The notes beneath the pieces are model-generated. The model was not told where the DNA came from. It was given only the letters and a program-made list of their open reading frames with translations, and made no database searches. From Thermoanaerobaculia bacterium (GTDB taxonomy: Bacteria; Acidobacteriota; Thermoanaerobaculia; Multivoradales; Multivoraceae), in the NCBI GenBank assembly GCA_963666565.1, contig OY762911.1, positions 1,664,001 to 1,728,000 on the forward strand: DNA of 64,000 nt, in the 5' to 3' direction. Shown here in pieces: positions 60,090 through 64,000 of this stretch. The position numbers were made by a program, and so were the translations under genes. The stretch's first letter is position 1; every line of letters starts with the position of its first letter.

Positions 60090-61513
60090 CTGGGGCCCTC
60101 CGCGACGCTTGCGGAGTCGCCGCTGCCGCCGCCGGCGCGTCCTGCCGGCGCCCTGTCGTCGTCGCCGCGGTTGCCGTTGCCGCTGCCGGGCTCGGCCGAC
60201 TCGCGGCGGCTCTCGACAAGTTCCGGCGCCGCGGCGGCCAGGAAGGCGTCCACGCCCTCCTGGCCGATCTCGACCGCCACCGCGCGCAGGCCGACGACCG
60301 GCAGGTGGCTCAGACGCTTCGCCATCACGGTCGTCCACTCCCTGAGCGCCGCCCGTTCCGCCTCGGAGAGGCCCTTCAGGTCGCCCCGCAGCAGGCGGTC
60401 CAGGTTGGCGCCGAGCGAGTCCTGGTACTTGGCGCCGATCGCCCGGATGGCGCCGGCGACCGACCGCGTGGCCGTCGCCTCGCGGTACACGTCGAGTTCC
60501 TCGTCGATCAGGACGCGGGCCTCGGCCGTGCGCTCGCGCCGGTCGCGGAGGGTCCGCTGGGCCAGTTCGTTGATCCGGTCCATGCCGATCCGTTCCAGGC
60601 GGGCCCCGTTGGCGTCGCCGGGGGCCACGTCGGCCGGGATCGCCATGTCGATCAGCAGCGGCGCCGCGTCGAACCGGGCCAGCCCCTTCGCCGCGAGGGC
60701 CCGAAGAGAGCGCTGGTTCACCACCGCTCCGGGGGCGCCGGTCGAGAACAACGCCGCGGTGACCGCCGGAGGATCGGCCCGGAACGAGTCGAGGCTCATC
60801 GTCTCGACAGCCGGCGCGGCGCCGTTCGCCGCCGTCGCGCCGCCGGTTCTTTCCGCCAGTCCCTCGGCCTTCGAGCGCGTCCGGTTGACGAGGATCAGGG
60901 GAACGCCGCGGGTCCGCAGCCGCTCCGTGCAGGTTTCGGTCATCGCCGCCACGCCGACCAGCGCGACCGGCCCCGGGTTCTTCGCGGCGCGTTCCGTCAA
61001 CAGGTCGGCGGCGATCTCGGCGAGCGAAGTGCGCCCGGTGCCGACGCCGGTTTCCCGGTGAACCCGCTTGCCGGCCCGGAGCGCCGATTCGACGACGCGC
61101 CGCAACTCCGTGTCGACCGTGCCGCACTCGGTCGCCTCATCCAGTGCGTCGCGCAGTTGCCCGCGGATCTCCCGCTCTCCCGGCTGGGCCGAGTCGAGGC
61201 CGGCCGCGACCAGGTACAGGTGCTCGACCGCGCCCTCGCCCTCCCAGCTCCGGAACACCCGCCGCGCCGCGCCCTCCCCGGCCAGCAGCCGCAACAGTTC
61301 CCGCCGGCACGAGGCGAGCGTCGCTCCCGGCTCCGCCGAGAAGATGAACGCCGCCCGATTGCAGGTGGCGAGGTAGATCAACCCCTGCGCGCCGATCCTC
61401 TGCTTGAGCCGCCGCATCTCGGCCGCCCGCCGCTCGTCCGGCAGCGTGTACCGCGCGATCTCCTCGGCGCTCGCATAGCGCCAGGTCGCGGCGACGACGC
61501 AACAGTTGTCCAT
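60086..61513 (-). CDS. hemA: Glutamyl-tRNA reductase (divergent)
   Basis: LATCNR catalytic motif, AAGLDS..PGE.EI.GQ, KRVHRETG, VNRT, IDMAIP.DV. Confidence 0.85.
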   Translation of the reverse strand: MDNCCVVAATWRYASAEEIARYTLPDERRAAEMRRLKQRIGAQGLIYLATCNRAAFIFSAEPGATLASCRRELLRLLAGEGAARRVFRSWEGEGAVEHLYLVAAGLDSAQPGEREIRGQLRDALDEATECGTVDTELRRVVESALRAGKRVHRETGVGTGRTSLAEIAADLLTERAAKNPGPVALVGVAAMTETCTERLRTRGVPLILVNRTRSKAEGLAERTGGATAANGAAPAVETMSLDSFRADPPAVTAALFSTGAPGAVVNQRSLRALAAKGLARFDAAPLLIDMAIPADVAPGDANGARLERIGMDRINELAQRTLRDRRERTAEARVLIDEELDVYREATATRSVAGAIRAIGAKYQDSLGANLDRLLRGDLKGLSEAERAALREWTTVMAKRLSHLPVVGLRAVAVEIGQEGVDAFLAAAAPELVESRRESAEPGSGNGNRGDDDRAPAGRAGGGSGDSASVAEGPR

Positions 61514-61623
61514 CCCGCGATTCTGCCTCAGGCGCAGTCGCGGAGTGTCATGGTCCTGTCACACCTTCGCTCCCGGGCGGGGTTGGCAGCCGCCGCGCGG
61601 GAGGAGTCGGGCTCGGACGACGG

Positions 61624-62274
61624 CTACAGGGTGATCGTGATGCCTCCCCGCTCTCCGGCCCGGCGCACGTCTTCCTGGAACGACTCGTCCCGTCCGTGGC
61701 GGACAGTGACGATCGTGAGAACTCCGGCCGCTACGCGATCGCCGAACAAGAGCATCGCCGCGGCTGGAACGCACTGTCTGGAGGTCCAGATCAGCCCATC
61801 CACTTCGTGCTGGTCGTGGATCGCCTTCGCCCACAGAACCGTGCGCGGGTACCGGTCGGGAAGGCTGGCGATCAGACTCTCGCGGCGGATCCGCCACCTT
61901 CTGAGATCCGGCGCGCGCAGGCTTGCCAGGAGCAGGGGACGGTCCGGGAGCAGGATGCTGTGTCTTCGGTCCTCGACGGCACCGCGAGGCACTGTCTTCG
62001 GGTCGTCGGACTCCACCGGAATGTCGTGAAACACCGTTTCGTAGATCGCTGCCTCCGGGGTTTCGCCTGCGTAGAGCGAAGGAACGCGGAGCCCCATGTC
62101 GTCTCGAAACGGCGCGAATCTCGTCGGCGCCCCCTTGCACGGGTTGAACTCGTTTCCGACCGACTGCCGACTGTGGACGCGATGGAGCGGCACGTCCGTC
62201 GGGTGTTCGACAACGTTGGGTTCGGCGAGGACTTCAGGTGGCGGAGGAAGATGGTATGCGAGAGCTTCATCCAT
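61624..62274 (-). CDS. RES-domain toxin (NAD+ phosphorylase-like)
   Basis: LHRVH...FNP, TRFAP, LYAGETPEAAIYETVFHD, DGLIWTSRQ. Confidence 0.85.
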   Translation of the reverse strand: MDEALAYHLPPPPEVLAEPNVVEHPTDVPLHRVHSRQSVGNEFNPCKGAPTRFAPFRDDMGLRVPSLYAGETPEAAIYETVFHDIPVESDDPKTVPRGAVEDRRHSILLPDRPLLLASLRAPDLRRWRIRRESLIASLPDRYPRTVLWAKAIHDQHEVDGLIWTSRQCVPAAAMLLFGDRVAAGVLTIVTVRHGRDESFQEDVRRAGERGGITITL

Positions 62275-62923
62275 ACGCCGGCTCCGCGAGCCGGCGGGCG
62301 GCTTGTACGACCTCCGCGTCGTCGTTCAGCCGATCCTGAGGGCGGTCGCCGTCAAGCCACCCGTTCGCCGACGCGAACCACAACGCCGTCTGCCAGGGCG
62401 TCATCGCTGTCGGGAGTTCGGCGAGCACGGCCTCTACCGCCGGTCGCGGCGACCCGTCCATGAACTGGAAGGCGGGGTAGTAGTTGCGGCCCTCCATTCG
62501 GAGCGCGAACGTCTTTCCTTCCGCCTTCCACCGCGACGCCGGCTCGCTGGTGTTCCTGGATTTCAGGCCCGACGAGCGGTGAATCTCCGCCGCCGTCAGC
62601 ATCGGCGTCTCCTCTACGTACCTCCGGCGCATCTCCAGGTTGTCGAGCGCCAACTCCCTTTCGATGTCGGCAGTCTCGCTCCCGAGAAGCGGTAGCGTCC
62701 CTTCCAGCCACCGGTTCCAGTCTTCGTGCTTCGACGCGGGCGAGGCCCCTTCCAACACTCGGTTCAACCGCCTGAACATTCCGGCGGCGCCGCCAGACGT
62801 TCGGACCAGAACCAGATCGTCTCCGGCATTGACCTTCCCGATCCGGCTCGTCAACCGCTCGGGGAGGCTCTCAAGCTCTTCGGGCTGAAGCGGCGCCCAT
62901 CGGATCGGTTGCAGTTTGCGCAT
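62267..62923 (-). CDS. Xre/MbcA/ParS-like antitoxin
   Basis: YPAFQF, W.TALWF.S.NGWLDG.RP.D.L C-terminal motif; overlaps RES gene. Confidence 0.78.
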   Translation of the reverse strand: MRKLQPIRWAPLQPEELESLPERLTSRIGKVNAGDDLVLVRTSGGAAGMFRRLNRVLEGASPASKHEDWNRWLEGTLPLLGSETADIERELALDNLEMRRRYVEETPMLTAAEIHRSSGLKSRNTSEPASRWKAEGKTFALRMEGRNYYPAFQFMDGSPRPAVEAVLAELPTAMTPWQTALWFASANGWLDGDRPQDRLNDDAEVVQAARRLAEPAYG

Positions 62924-63009
62924 CGTTCCTCACTTCTCGCTGGCGGGAACATGAGATTCGTGATCGAGGTGGAACGCTAACGGTTCTCTTGCCGCTCTGC
63001 AAGTGCCGG

Positions 63010-64000
63010 TCAGCCTCGGCGCCACTCGCGGGTGTTGCGGAGGATCAGGTCCGTCAGTGCGTCCACGTGGTCCGGCCGGTCGTTCAGGCAAGGGATGTAG
63101 CGGAGCCGCTCGCCGCCGGATTCCTCGAAGTAGCCGCGGTTCTCGACCTCGATCTCTTCCAGGGTCTCGATGCAGTCGGCGGAGAAGCCGGGGCAGGCGA
63201 CGTCGACGCTCTTGAGGCCGTCTCCCGGCAGTTCCCGCATGGCGACGTCCGTCTTCGGGCCGATCCAGAGTTCGCGGCCGAACTGGGACTGGAAGGTGCT
63301 GAGCACCCGCTCCTCGTCGACGCCGAGTTCCTCCACCAGCAGGCGCGTCGTCTCCAGGCACTGGCACTGGTACGGGTCGCCGTTGTCGATGTAGCGCTGC
63401 GGCACGCCGTGGTACGAGAGGACGAGCCGGTCGGGTTCGCCGTCGGCCCAGGTCTCGCGGATGCTGGCCGCGAGCGCCCGGATGTAGCCGGGGTCGGCGT
63501 GGTAGCTGGCGATCGTGCGGATCTCGGGAACGCGCCGCCAGGACCGCGCTTCGCGGTGCAGGACGTCGAGCGCCGACGCGGTGGTCGCCGCCGCGTACTG
63601 CGGGAACAGCGGAAGGAAGAGGATGCGCTCGGCGCCCCGGCGCCGCAGGTCGTCGAGGGCGGCGGCGATGGACGGTTGGCCGTAGCGCATGCCGACGGCG
63701 ACGTGGAACCGGGGTTCGCCTTCGCCTCGCGCCCGCTCCAGCCGGGATGCGATGCCTGCCGTCTGGCGCCGGGAGATGGCGAGCAGGGGGGAACCCTCGT
63801 CGGTCCAGATCTTCGCGTAGAGCTTGGCCACCCGCCGCGGCCGCGTGGTCAGGACGAAGAGGTAGAGGATGGGGAGCCACTTCCAGCGCGGCTGCTCGGC
63901 GATCCGGGTGTCGCTCAGGAACTCGCGCAGGTAGCTGCGAAGCGCCGGCGCGGTGGGCGCGGCGGGCGTGCCCACGTTTGCGAGCAGAACGCCGATCGCC
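63010..64000 (-). CDS. hemH: Ferrochelatase, 5' end beyond window
   Basis: GVLLANVGTP, YLREFLSD.R, EGSPL, MRYGQP, PLFPQY, SYHGVP, FQSQFG..W.GP, F.ADCIETLEE, IPCLND. Confidence 0.96.
   Translation of the reverse strand, partial: AIGVLLANVGTPAAPTAPALRSYLREFLSDTRIAEQPRWKWLPILYLFVLTTRPRRVAKLYAKIWTDEGSPLLAISRRQTAGIASRLERARGEGEPRFHVAVGMRYGQPSIAAALDDLRRRGAERILFLPLFPQYAAATTASALDVLHREARSWRRVPEIRTIASYHADPGYIRALAASIRETWADGEPDRLVLSYHGVPQRYIDNGDPYQCQCLETTRLLVEELGVDEERVLSTFQSQFGRELWIGPKTDVAMRELPGDGLKSVDVACPGFSADCIETLEEIEVENRGYFEESGGERLRYIPCLNDRPDHVDALTDLILRNTREWRRG

Noticed and set aside
57259-60219. 986-aa ORF as a HemY fusion protein
   Set aside because: The N-terminal ~450 aa is an alternative frame of hemE; HemY motifs begin at ~58869.
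58260-61061. Long antisense ORFs (e.g. 58260-61061, 38495-40900, 9966-12188, 2765-4633, 31969-33519)
   Set aside because: They mirror well-supported genes on the opposite strand, have no motifs, and are expected from stop-codon scarcity.

Overview
Very GC-rich bacterial chromosome segment. The Acidobacteria-type VWA protein and the ECF/FecR/ABC operon suggest Acidobacteriota (inference). Housekeeping backbone: trp operon (trpG-end, D, C, F, B, A); an ECF sigma/anti-sigma/ABC operon; arfB; trehalose genes (GH15, otsB, otsA); a reductive-dehalogenase-like gene; msrP; ampG; pspC; glcDE; an aldehyde dehydrogenase; and a heme operon (hemH, hemA, hemE, hemY/G). Three toxin-antitoxin pairs are scattered through it. 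Two visibly lower-GC accessory blocks stand out. (1) ~21.6-34.7 kb: an SspABCD-type DNA phosphorothioation module with no recognisable SspE or SspFGH. It is flanked by a DUF262 + 2TM-GAF-like pair and by an SF2 helicase-GHKL/MORC ATPase-PLD nuclease operon, a candidate undescribed PT-linked defence system. (2) ~48-55.8 kb: a DUF4143 AAA+ ATPase preceded by a 7 x 23-bp repeat array, then a small protein, a second GHKL ATPase and a convergent m4C-type methyltransferase, with a frameshifted IS between the last two. Non-coding structure includes a 24-nt REP-like hairpin family with covarying stems and a 162-bp MITE inserted in-frame inside trpF. All family assignments come from motif recognition by eye, not from database searches. 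Most long ORFs in the six-frame track are GC-rich shadow frames.
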